IMG/VR virus record: IMGVR_UViG_3300026522_000008 | Reading direction: 5' to 3' (one strand) | Source: a virus | Length of the DNA stretch: 46,471 nucleotides | In this document: positions 34,278 through 41,663 of the stretch, in pieces | Numbering within the stretch: position 1 is the first letter of the stretch | How the letters are laid out: each line of letters starts with the position of its first letter | Notes under the pieces: model-generated | The model's input: the letters and a program-made list of their open reading frames with translations, nothing else | Databases searched by the model: none | What the model was told of the DNA's origin: nothing | Program-made: the position numbers and the translations under genes

Positions 34278-34317
34278 TGCACAAAGTAGTACCTACGAAA
34301 TGTGCAGGTTGCACAAA
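34278..34317 (-). promoter_or_regulatory. TTTGTGCA direct repeat plus TGTGCA/TGCACA hairpin (operator or promoter-region candidate)
   Basis: tgcacaaa occurs at 34278-34285 and 34310-34317, 32 bp apart. tgtgca-ggt-tgcaca at 34301-34315 is a 6-bp-stem palindrome. Confidence 0.4.
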
Positions 34318-34440
34318 TAAAAAGGGCCGGTCCGCAGCGAGGTTCGAACCAGTCCTTCTTCGTGTGTGTAGGTCTCAGTGAACGGGCTGTCTCGACCGCC
34401 TCGCTCCTGATCTCTTAGTCTTTCGACTCTATCATTGTAT

Positions 34441-34982
34441 CATGTGCGCATGGGACACGGTGGGACATCTTGCTCTTGTCTTCCGATGATGTCCTGTCTC
34501 CGAGGTCTCGCCTCGTGTGCTCGTGCCGCCCGGCCTAGTGCTCTCGCTCGCTCGCGCTCTCGCGTCCTTGCTCTTGAGCCCTTGCCTTGTGTGCCCTCAT
34601 GCCCTCGTGCCCGCGGGTCTGCCGCGCTGGCCGTGGTCTGTCTTGCTCTTGTCTCGTGCGTTCATGTTTCTTTCCTTCTCTCAAGCCCTCGGCAGCAGGC
34701 CTCCCTTGTCTGCCGCCCGTCTCTGCTATCCCGCTTTTGCCCCTTCTATTTTTGCCGGCCCTTTAAGGCCGCCCTTGCAGAGCTTCTTATATTTCTAACT
34801 TTTTGCCGCCCGTTTTCCGGTTTAATTTCCGGGTCTTATTCTCTGGTTTTTGTATCCCGGTTTTATTTTCTGGATTTATTTTCCGGGCTTTCGTCTCCGG
34901 TTTTTCTTTCCCTGAAATTTTCCGGCCGATTTTTTTCCGGCTTTATTTTTCCGGATAATTTTTTCGAGTTATTTTTTCGGGT
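34441..34982 (-). other. A-depleted (plus strand), purine-rich-sense non-coding region
   Basis: A hand count gives about 44 A in 540 nt on the plus strand, with about 5 A in 34501-34680. There is no credible ORF with an RBS. Short motif repeats occur: tcttgctcttgtc x2, tgccgcccg x3, tgggaca x2. Confidence 0.85.
34805..34982 (-). repeat. Array of about 13 degenerate 13-14-bp direct repeats (minus-strand consensus roughly A-CCGGAAAA-TAA)
   Basis: The GG of the (c/t)c(c/t)gg cores fall at about 34820, 34832, 34846, 34860, 34873, 34886, 34900, 34914, 34925, 34940, 34954, 34968 and 34980. Intervals are 11-15 bp, each followed by a T-tract on the plus strand. Confidence 0.8.
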
Positions 34983-35534
34983 TTATTCATCGGCCTCTGA
35001 ATTCCGGAGCTCTTCCTGCCGTCTCCGCTTTTCTCTTCGCATATCTGCGATGGCTGCGCATTGCTCGTAGTGCGGGGCTTCGTCGCGGATCCGAATCTGA
35101 ACCCATTCGTTTTCCAGTAAATAATCGAGCGCTGCGTTCTTCTTCCGCTGGCATTGTTTCGTGGAAAAATGGAGGATGTCCGCGATCTCTTCCCATCTCT
35201 TCCGGTCCAGATATCTCAGCTCGCAGACCTCTCGCTCTTCCGACTTCGTCGGGAGGATGTCCAGGATTTCTGTAATCGCGACAAGTGAATCTGCGATCTC
35301 TCGCTTTTGGTCGAGGAGTTTTTCTTCGACATCTGAAATCTTGAAAAGAATACCAGCAGCTCCGTCGCCTTCTCCGGATCCGTGCGGCATCGGGTCGTAT
35401 CCGAGCGCCTTGATTGGATCTCCTTTTTCTTCGTTCAGCCGGATCAGGCGAGCCTGCAGCTCTGCCTTCCGGCGCGTCGCTCTTACATATCTCGAGAGCA
35501 TCCAGTCTAAGATTTCGCGGCCCTCATAATCCAT
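34983..35534 (-). CDS. Sigma-70 region-4-like phage transcriptional regulator (DUF1492/late-activator-like, 183 aa)
   Basis: EREVCELRYLDRKRWEEIADILHFSTKQCQRKKNAALDYLL resembles sigma-70 region 4. GGAGG precedes ATG 35534. Confidence 0.7.
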   Translation of the reverse strand: MDYEGREILDWMLSRYVRATRRKAELQARLIRLNEEKGDPIKALGYDPMPHGSGEGDGAAGILFKISDVEEKLLDQKREIADSLVAITEILDILPTKSEEREVCELRYLDRKRWEEIADILHFSTKQCQRKKNAALDYLLENEWVQIRIRDEAPHYEQCAAIADMRREKRRRQEELRNSEADE

Positions 35535-35940
35535 TTTCTTTCCTCCATTCCTCGATTGTTTCTATTGCTTCCTCTGGCCAGCGGACGACCGCCGCCGTTC
35601 CTCCAGCCTTTTCGATCAGGCGGATCGTTCGGCGCTGGATGTCCGAAAGCCTCCCGACCAGCGGGCGCTTGACCTCAAATCCGAAGTAGTGACCTTCGTA
35701 AATGAATAAAAGGTCCGGGATTCCAGCTTCGGCGTAGACGCCCTGGCTGATTTTTCTGCAGAATCCTTCCGGGTATTTCTGCTTCAGCCTTTTCCGGATT
35801 TTGTCCTGGAAGTATGGCTCCTTCGGGATTTTCTTCCGGGCGATCGCGAGGGCTTGCTCTTTAGTCCTGCTTTTCGTCTGGGTCTGAATGGCCGCGATAG
35901 CGCTCTCTGTGCTGAAGTTTTCGATGTAATTTTCGAGCAT
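35524..35940 (-). CDS. VRR-NUC domain nuclease (138 aa)
   Basis: ATG at 35940 follows AAAAGGAGG. GIPDLLFIYEGHYFGFEVKRPLVGRLSDIQRRTIRLIEKAGGTAAVV carries the PD-(D/E)xK VRR-NUC signature. Confidence 0.85.
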   Translation of the reverse strand: MLENYIENFSTESAIAAIQTQTKSRTKEQALAIARKKIPKEPYFQDKIRKRLKQKYPEGFCRKISQGVYAEAGIPDLLFIYEGHYFGFEVKRPLVGRLSDIQRRTIRLIEKAGGTAAVVRWPEEAIETIEEWRKENGL

Positions 35941-36133
35941 TCTTTTCCTCCTTTTGCTTCCGGTATTCTTCCAGGTACTCGAGCTGTTCTTCGTCGTCAA
36001 GCTCCCGCATGTATCTCCGGGCTTCCGCGATGTTCCGCATCTCTTCTTCGTCCCAGTTTTCGTCTCCGACGGCTGCGTCTCTTAAAATCAAAACTGCGAG
36101 CAGGACGATGATTGCGATGGTGATGGCTATCAT
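35861..36133 (-). CDS. Small N-terminally anchored acidic protein (90 aa)
   Basis: ATG at 36133 in ATGA overlap. The TM segment is IAITIAIIVLLAVLIL. Its 3-prime 80 nt overlap the VRR-NUC gene, so the end is uncertain. Confidence 0.55.
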   Translation of the reverse strand: MIAITIAIIVLLAVLILRDAAVGDENWDEEEMRNIAEARRYMRELDDEEQLEYLEEYRKQKEEKNARKLHRKLQHRERYRGHSDPDEKQD

Positions 36134-36351
36134 TTGTACTCCTTTCCGGTTGTCTTATCCTTAAATTCGACGCGGTTCGTGATTTCGAATCCGAAGCCTC
36201 GCGCCATGGCTTTTAAGGCTTTCGTCATGATTTTAATCTTGTACTCCGCATCGCGGTCCGGATCCGCTGCACGTTCTTCCTTGGCTACTCTTCCGATGGC
36301 GATTGATGCTGTCGGGTCCGGATATCCTTCACAGTTTTTTCCGCTTTTCAT
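36130..36351 (-). CDS. Hypothetical protein (73 aa)
   Basis: ATG at 36351 in ATGA overlap with the upstream stop. Sequence MKSGKNCEGYPDPTASIAIGRV... Confidence 0.6.
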   Translation of the reverse strand: MKSGKNCEGYPDPTASIAIGRVAKEERAADPDRDAEYKIKIMTKALKAMARGFGFEITNRVEFKDKTTGKEYK

Positions 36352-36971
36352 GAAGCCTCCTTCTTTTCTTTTGCTTCGAGCTCCTTCATCCATTTTTCGA
36401 AGGATTCCCGGTCCTCATTCTTTTCCTTGTCGATCAGTTCCTGTGTCGGCGGGAGCTTAACGGTCCAGCATGGATTTCCTTCTTCGGTCTTTCCTTCCCA
36501 GAGGTTATGTTCCGGGTCCCAGACCATTCCGTCGAGCAGGTCGTTCGTGATCTTTCCGTTCTCGGTTCTGCAATTCTTAAGCCAGTAAGGCGCGTAGACT
36601 TCGTAGTGAATCCGGTTCGTCAATGTCTCGCAGACCAGCGTTTCGAATTCCCGCATGTCCATGTGCCGGTAGATCGCTCTTCCGAGAAGTTTCGGCAGCC
36701 CCTTGGCTTCCTCTTCCTGGTAGATCTTCTCGATCTGTTCCCGCCAGACGGGGATCAGGTCGTCCTTGTCTTTTTTCAAGACCTCGTAAATTCCGAGGAA
36801 TGCAAGCTGCCTCACGTACCATTGCAACTCTTCCTTCAGCTTCAGCTTCAGAGCCTCGTATGGTTTCTGGTATTTTGTCTTCAATGTCTCGAGCGGGACG
36901 TTCTGTCGGTTCTTCTTGTACCGCTCGAAGTCCTGCATCATGGCCTCGTATTGGTTGTTATTCTGGATCAC
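36348..36971 (-). CDS. Hypothetical protein (207 aa)
   Basis: GTG at 36971 lies 6 nt after GGAGG. It is the first gene downstream of the origin region. Confidence 0.7.
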   Translation of the reverse strand: MIQNNNQYEAMMQDFERYKKNRQNVPLETLKTKYQKPYEALKLKLKEELQWYVRQLAFLGIYEVLKKDKDDLIPVWREQIEKIYQEEEAKGLPKLLGRAIYRHMDMREFETLVCETLTNRIHYEVYAPYWLKNCRTENGKITNDLLDGMVWDPEHNLWEGKTEEGNPCWTVKLPPTQELIDKEKNEDRESFEKWMKELEAKEKKEAS

Positions 36972-37003
36972 TTAGTCCTCCTTTCCGATGGCTTTCTGGT
37001 TGC

Positions 37004-37316
37004 GTCCCCACTTTGTCCCCATTTTTAGTGGGTACACTTTTTTCCTCAGAAAAGGCTTATTTCCGGGCTTTTTCGGAGGTGTCCCCACTGTCCCCACTTT
37101 TTTTGGAATATACACTCACTTTTTTTAAGATTTTTTCCTTCGAGTGTTCCAGAGAAGGAAAAAAATTAAAAAACAGTTTAGCAATAATATTTAGTGGGTA
37201 CAGTGGGTACAAGTGGGTACAGATGTCTGAAAGCCTTGATTTTGCGGCATTTTCGCGTCCCCACTTTTGTCCCCACTTTTGTCCCCACTTTTCTCTGAAA
37301 CGTTAAAAGTGGGTAC
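37004..37316. repeat. Origin-of-replication iterons: GTCCCCAC(TTTT) and its near-complement AGTGGGTAC
   Basis: gtccccac occurs at 37004, 37081 and 37090, with gtccccat at 37015. The triple tandem gtccccactttt lies at 37257-37292. agtgggtac occurs at 37027, 37193, 37202, 37212 and 37308. The surrounding spacers are AT-rich. Confidence 0.8.
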
Positions 37317-37324
37317 AGATTCTT

Positions 37325-37368
37325 TGTGGAAATGTGGATAACTCGTCAAAAATTGTGGATAACTCGTC
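37325..37368. promoter_or_regulatory. Two perfect DnaA boxes (TGTGGATAA) within a duplicated 15-mer, plus one degenerate box
   Basis: tgtggataactcgtc occurs at 37333-37347 and 37354-37368, and tgtggaaa at 37325-37332. TGTGGATAA is the reverse complement of the TTATCCACA consensus. Confidence 0.75.
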
Positions 37369-37403
37369 GGGAAATTGTTCAAGTTTTTTATTACCTCATT
37401 TTT

Positions 37404-40070
37404 TCAAAACGGAAGTGCTTCTTCAACTTCTTTTGAAATTGGTTCGAAGTCATCCGCAGCGCTTTCGACGTCGTCTTCATTGTCGCCTTCCATGTGGATT
37501 TCGATCATCCTGGTCTTGGCTCCGTTAAATCGGCGCTGCACGCTCATGTGCTTTCCGTCTTTGTCCATCTTTAGAATTCCCCTGTCGGCCATGTATTTCA
37601 GAGTTTTCCTCGGACTGAATCCGGCTTTTTTCAGAGCTTCGGTCAGCAAAGAAGGGTAAATCCAGGCAATGCTCGCACTCTCATTGATATCTCCGAGGCA
37701 GGTTCCGATGGCTTTTTCCCCGAAGTATCCCTTGTTCGAGAGTACCCAGTCTGTTATAAACTGGACGGCGTTTTCATTTACGTCGGCTGCTTCTGAGTCG
37801 ATCTGCGCTTTCAGAATGGATTCCGCCATGCGCTTTGCTCGCTCCCAGCTCTCAGGCTTGATTTCCAGACTCTTCTCCTGACCTTCCGGCTCATCTTCCG
37901 CTGCCGGTGCGTCTTCCGAGAAGATCCAGGTGTCGATCATGGCATCAGCCAGAGCGACCGCGGAGATCCCTGCGATGTGTGATCCGCTTTTTCCTTTGGC
38001 TATTCCGTTCACGTATTTGAGCATATCGCTGTATTTTTCCTGAATGCTGGATTCCGTGACCTGGAAAAGCCGCCGGACGAATTCTGGACCAGCGTATCCG
38101 AAGTTCTCCATACATTGCTGGTGCATCAGCCCCGCCTGCTGCTCGCTGTCGAATGGGCCGCCGTAAATCTCAAGAACTCGGGAGCTGACACCGGTCTGCG
38201 TTGTTTCGGTTGAGAGCGGTTCCTCTCCGGTCGCCAGGGCCGCGGTCCTCCATTGGCTTGTGGTTTGGAGACCTCCGCCCTTCGCTCCCCTGATCTTCCC
38301 GGTTCCGGATGAGATCATGTAGACGATCTTCTCCAGTGAGTCCTGATTCTTTCCGGCGAGCTGCCGTTCGTCGATGCCGAGTGGCAGATCGCAGTAAAAT
38401 GCGGCGATCCGTTCCAGCCCGACCTGCGTCGCGTTAAAATTTACCATCAGTCGTTCCGGATCTCCCCAGGCGGAGAGCGCTGCTTTAAGGCCAGCCGTCT
38501 TTCCTCCTTTACTGGATCCCCAGTTATAAACGAAGAATATTCTTTGTTTTATGATCCGCAGGAGAGGCGCCGCAAAGCTCGCAGCCATAATAAACCGGAA
38601 GGTGTCGCGCTCTCTGTGCGGTCTCATGGTTTCGACCCACCCTTCGAGCGTTCCGGTTTGGCAGTAAGCTGCGGCCATTCCTCTCTGCGATGGGTCTATG
38701 TCCAGAACAATTCCTTTGTCGTGTCCTGGGATGAACCTTTTTCCCGGCTGCCATCCGAATGTGGACGTGGCGTCGGATTTCTGTATAATATCTATGTTCT
38801 CTGCTTCGAGTGCGGAAAGAAAGCGCACCAGCATCTTCGCGTTTTCGGACGTTACCGTGCACCCAAGGTCCGCGAGGACCGTGATTGAGCGCGCCGTGAA
38901 AATGGTCGAACGCTGGAAGATCGCGGTTTTCCATTCTCCGTCGCGCTTGAATGCAATTTCAATTTTTTCTTCTCCGGTCTCCAGGCTTTTCAGTCTCTGC
39001 GTTAAAATGATCGGGGTCCGGCAGACCAGCACGGGCCCGTAGGTTTTCTCATCGATGTGACTGATTCCCTGGTCTGAGTAGATCCATCCTTCCGGCTGTC
39101 TGAGATTCACCGGTGCTCCGCTGATTGCTTCGGGGACAGCTGTTTCCGGTTTACTCAGGTCGATTTCCTTTGCTCCTTCGAGGAGCTTTAGAATTTTCTG
39201 CCCGGCCTTCTCTGCTCCGAGTTCCATGTATAATTCGCTCGGGTCCTTGTGTCCGCCGATCGCGCTGCACTGGAATTTGTAAACCTTACCAATGAATCCG
39301 CCCTTGATCAGTCCTTCGGTCACCTTTTGCAGGAATGTCTGACCGCCCTGGTCCGGTTCCTGATGAATGTATACCTTCAGGTCTTGGAGCTTGTCCGCCA
39401 TGTTCGGCTTGAACATGGACGCTCCGGGAATTCCGAGGCAGCTGATTCCCATCTGCCACATGCTTTGGCTGTCGGACTCTCCCTCGACCAGGCACACGTA
39501 GCCTGCCTTCCGGATCTTCTCGAGCTGCCACTCGCCGTACATGATGATCTTTCCGCTGGATCCGTAACGCCATCTGAATTCCTTATTTGCGTAGCGCTTC
39601 CGGTACGTTGCCAGCGTTCCGTCTTCCTTCAGGTACGGTATTTTCATCCATGTGGTTCCGTCTTTGTCTTTTTCGTCAGAAATGTGGCAGGAATTGCGGA
39701 GCCAGTCTTCCGGAAGGTGTTTCTGGAAGGCGTACTGCTTAACCGAAAAGCTCCGCTGACTTACGCGCCTTTTTTCCTTGTCTTCGGGCGTCGGCATTAA
39801 AATGTTGTACTTTTCGCATATCTGCTTGTAGGCTTCCTTTGTATCCGTGTTGTAAACTTTAGCCCAGAAGTCTATAAAATTGCCGCCGATGTCCTCTGCG
39901 AAGCAGTGCCATTTTCCTGTCTTCAGGTCGACTGAGAAGGAGGCGTTCCTATCGTCGTGGAATGGGCAGATTCCGGTCATGTTGTCTCCGGAAACCTTCG
40001 CCTTCTTCACGTACGGCTCGTATTCCATTCTGTAGTCGACAATGCTGTCGAGGTCTACTGCTTCAACCAT
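37404..40070 (-). CDS. Bifunctional DNA primase-helicase (CHC2 zinc finger + TOPRIM + DUF927-type P-loop helicase, 888 aa)
   Basis: CPFHDDRNASFSVDLKTGKWHCF is the CHC2 zinc finger. LVEGESDSQSMWQMG is the TOPRIM motif. NWGSSKGGKTAGL is the Walker A motif. Confidence 0.92.
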   Translation of the reverse strand: MVEAVDLDSIVDYRMEYEPYVKKAKVSGDNMTGICPFHDDRNASFSVDLKTGKWHCFAEDIGGNFIDFWAKVYNTDTKEAYKQICEKYNILMPTPEDKEKRRVSQRSFSVKQYAFQKHLPEDWLRNSCHISDEKDKDGTTWMKIPYLKEDGTLATYRKRYANKEFRWRYGSSGKIIMYGEWQLEKIRKAGYVCLVEGESDSQSMWQMGISCLGIPGASMFKPNMADKLQDLKVYIHQEPDQGGQTFLQKVTEGLIKGGFIGKVYKFQCSAIGGHKDPSELYMELGAEKAGQKILKLLEGAKEIDLSKPETAVPEAISGAPVNLRQPEGWIYSDQGISHIDEKTYGPVLVCRTPIILTQRLKSLETGEEKIEIAFKRDGEWKTAIFQRSTIFTARSITVLADLGCTVTSENAKMLVRFLSALEAENIDIIQKSDATSTFGWQPGKRFIPGHDKGIVLDIDPSQRGMAAAYCQTGTLEGWVETMRPHRERDTFRFIMAASFAAPLLRIIKQRIFFVYNWGSSKGGKTAGLKAALSAWGDPERLMVNFNATQVGLERIAAFYCDLPLGIDERQLAGKNQDSLEKIVYMISSGTGKIRGAKGGGLQTTSQWRTAALATGEEPLSTETTQTGVSSRVLEIYGGPFDSEQQAGLMHQQCMENFGYAGPEFVRRLFQVTESSIQEKYSDMLKYVNGIAKGKSGSHIAGISAVALADAMIDTWIFSEDAPAAEDEPEGQEKSLEIKPESWERAKRMAESILKAQIDSEAADVNENAVQFITDWVLSNKGYFGEKAIGTCLGDINESASIAWIYPSLLTEALKKAGFSPRKTLKYMADRGILKMDKDGKHMSVQRRFNGAKTRMIEIHMEGDNEDDVESAADDFEPISKEVEEALPF

Positions 40071-40083
40071 TTATCTCGCTCCT

Positions 40084-40719
40084 TTATTCGTTCATTTCTT
40101 CGATTTTGGAGATGTTTATGTACTCCGGCTCCATTCCGTGTTCGATCGCGTGCTCAATCTCCGTCGTCATCCCTTTGGAGATCGCCGGCGCGTCTTCGTC
40201 GACGTCGTTCTTGATCACCAGCATCCTGTCGCAGTGATCCAGGAGAAAAAGTCCGTATTCAACGCCGAGGTCTCTTTCCTCTTCCTTGTAATCGTTCAGG
40301 AATTTTCCGAAGTAAAGATGCGGCGCGACCGGGAGGTCTCCGCTTTTGATGATCATCCGGCAGACGGTTCGTGCTCTCTGGACATTCGTCCACATTCTCT
40401 TCGGGTCGTCGTTTCTATATGCGCTGCAAACGAAGACCATCCTTGCGTGCGCCGGGGCGCGGTTTTCGAGAGGGTTGTCTGTCGTGGCTTCTCCGATGTA
40501 TTCCCACGGTGTTCTTTTGTTCTTGCGGTAGATGGTCTGTCTGAGTCCGGTGTTTCCGCATGTGCTTGAGCAGTAGTCGTCCTGGACGGCTCCGGTCTGG
40601 TCTTCGATGTCCATTGTGCTCGTGAGGAAAGTCGCGAGCTGGTAATCGATCAGGTCTCCGGTCTTCAGGTAGTTATCCGGGTATCCGAGCGCCTTGTATT
40701 CGTCGAGTGTTTTTGGCAT
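40084..40719 (-). CDS. Protein with C-terminal nucleoside 2-deoxyribosyltransferase-like (DUF4406-like) domain (211 aa)
   Basis: FVCSAYRNDDPKRMWTNVQRARTVCRMIIKSGDLPVAPHLYF...LLDHCDRMLVI...SKGMTTEIEHA fits the DUF4406 pattern recalled from memory. Confidence 0.5.
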   Translation of the reverse strand: MPKTLDEYKALGYPDNYLKTGDLIDYQLATFLTSTMDIEDQTGAVQDDYCSSTCGNTGLRQTIYRKNKRTPWEYIGEATTDNPLENRAPAHARMVFVCSAYRNDDPKRMWTNVQRARTVCRMIIKSGDLPVAPHLYFGKFLNDYKEEERDLGVEYGLFLLDHCDRMLVIKNDVDEDAPAISKGMTTEIEHAIEHGMEPEYINISKIEEMNE

Positions 40720-40738
40720 TTTTCGCTCCTTCTATAAT

Positions 40739-40766
40739 GGCCGCAGGGGCTTTCGCCTCCGCAGCC
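40739..40766 (-). other. Intergenic RNA hairpin with GAAA tetraloop (minus-strand specific)
   Basis: The minus strand reads GGCUGCGGAGGC-GAAA-GCCCCUGCGGCC, with 11 of 12 positions paired including two G-U pairs. On the plus-strand RNA those would be C-A mismatches. No U-run follows. Confidence 0.5.
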
Positions 40767-40793
40767 ATGAATTTATTTTCAATGTTCAAAGTT

Positions 40794-41660
40794 TTATTCA
40801 AACGGCAGGGCTTCGTCTACCCCTTCTGGGATATTCATGAATCCGTCCTGGCCTGCCGGGCCTGCTGCCGGCTCCTGCTTTGCCGCGTCTGCAGGTGCCT
40901 GCTCCGGCTGCGCGTAGTCTCCGGAGGTGATAGCTACGGATTCGTAGCTCTTTTTCAGCTCCGCGCGGAGCGCCTGGGTTACCGGGAAGAGGTTGTCCGG
41001 AAGGAGCGCCTTCTTCTCAAGACTTACGCGGCTGTACTTGATCTTGTCCTTGCTTTCCGCGACGGAAAGTTTAAAGGTCACGATCTGTCTTGTGTACGGC
41101 GTCTTGGTCTTTCCCATCAGTGCTTTCAGCGCCTTGTTGATATCCTTAAGGGATGTTGGCGGAACCGTGAGCAGGTAGACGTCCGGCTTTCCGTCTCTTA
41201 AAATGTAAAGGCGGCGCATGTTCTTGCAGGCTTTTCCTGCTCCTTCGGATCCGAACTGGTTAAACGGGCAGGTCGCGCAGTCTCTGATTTCTCCGGTCTC
41301 TCTCATGAGCCCGCTCTTTCCGTCCATGGAGCTGCAGTCCGGGATCTTGTTTGTGTTTCCGTCTTCGTCTGTCTCTCCGAACTTGTGAGCCCAGTAGGCG
41401 TTCATGCGGTGGGTGAAAATAATCACGCCATCGACTTCCTTCAGGACCTCTGGGTCTTCCGGATCGTCGGTCTCAACCTCGAAGGCCTTTCCGCCTCCGG
41501 ACGGGATCTTGATGTGCTTCGCGTCGATGCCGGTGTCTTCGTCGAGGTCGTCCATCTCATCCTCGAGCTCTGCCTTCAGGTCTTCGTCCATTTCCTCGTA
41601 TCCTGTGACGATCTGGAAATTGTCGACGGTTGCGACCTCATTCTTCTTTTCTGTAGCCAT
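40794..41660 (-). CDS. Hypothetical replication/recombination-module protein with Cys cluster (288 aa)
   Basis: The N-terminus is acidic. The central part reads PDCSSMDG...CATCPFNQFGSEGAGKACKNMRRLYIL. The family was not identified by eye. Confidence 0.7.
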   Translation of the reverse strand: MATEKKNEVATVDNFQIVTGYEEMDEDLKAELEDEMDDLDEDTGIDAKHIKIPSGGGKAFEVETDDPEDPEVLKEVDGVIIFTHRMNAYWAHKFGETDEDGNTNKIPDCSSMDGKSGLMRETGEIRDCATCPFNQFGSEGAGKACKNMRRLYILRDGKPDVYLLTVPPTSLKDINKALKALMGKTKTPYTRQIVTFKLSVAESKDKIKYSRVSLEKKALLPDNLFPVTQALRAELKKSYESVAITSGDYAQPEQAPADAAKQEPAAGPAGQDGFMNIPEGVDEALPFE

Positions 41661-41663
41661 GGT

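Noticed and set aside
34336-34405. Possible tRNA (GGTTCGAACC T-loop-like sequence, 7-bp closing stem, 70 nt)
   Set aside because: I could not fold a cloverleaf. The 17 nt before the 3-prime acceptor strand do not form a T-arm, GGTTCGAACC is a self-palindrome rather than a T-stem-loop, and no D-arm or anticodon arm pairing was found.
34805-34982. CRISPR array (also considered for 37004..37316)
   Set aside because: The repeats are only 9-14 bp, degenerate and contiguous, without unique spacers of 25-40 bp. No cas genes are present.
34435-35070. 211-aa plus-strand ORF (and 34517..34798) across the non-coding region
   Set aside because: The frame is open only because the plus strand has almost no A, so TAA, TAG and TGA cannot occur. 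The product is low-complexity Ser/Leu/Cys/Phe, there is no RBS, and it runs antisense into the sigma-like gene.
37191-37382. 63-aa minus-strand ORF inside the origin region
   Set aside because: Its sequence is simply the translated iterons (SGDKSGDKSGD, SYPQFLTSYPHF). There is no RBS, and it overlaps the DnaA boxes.
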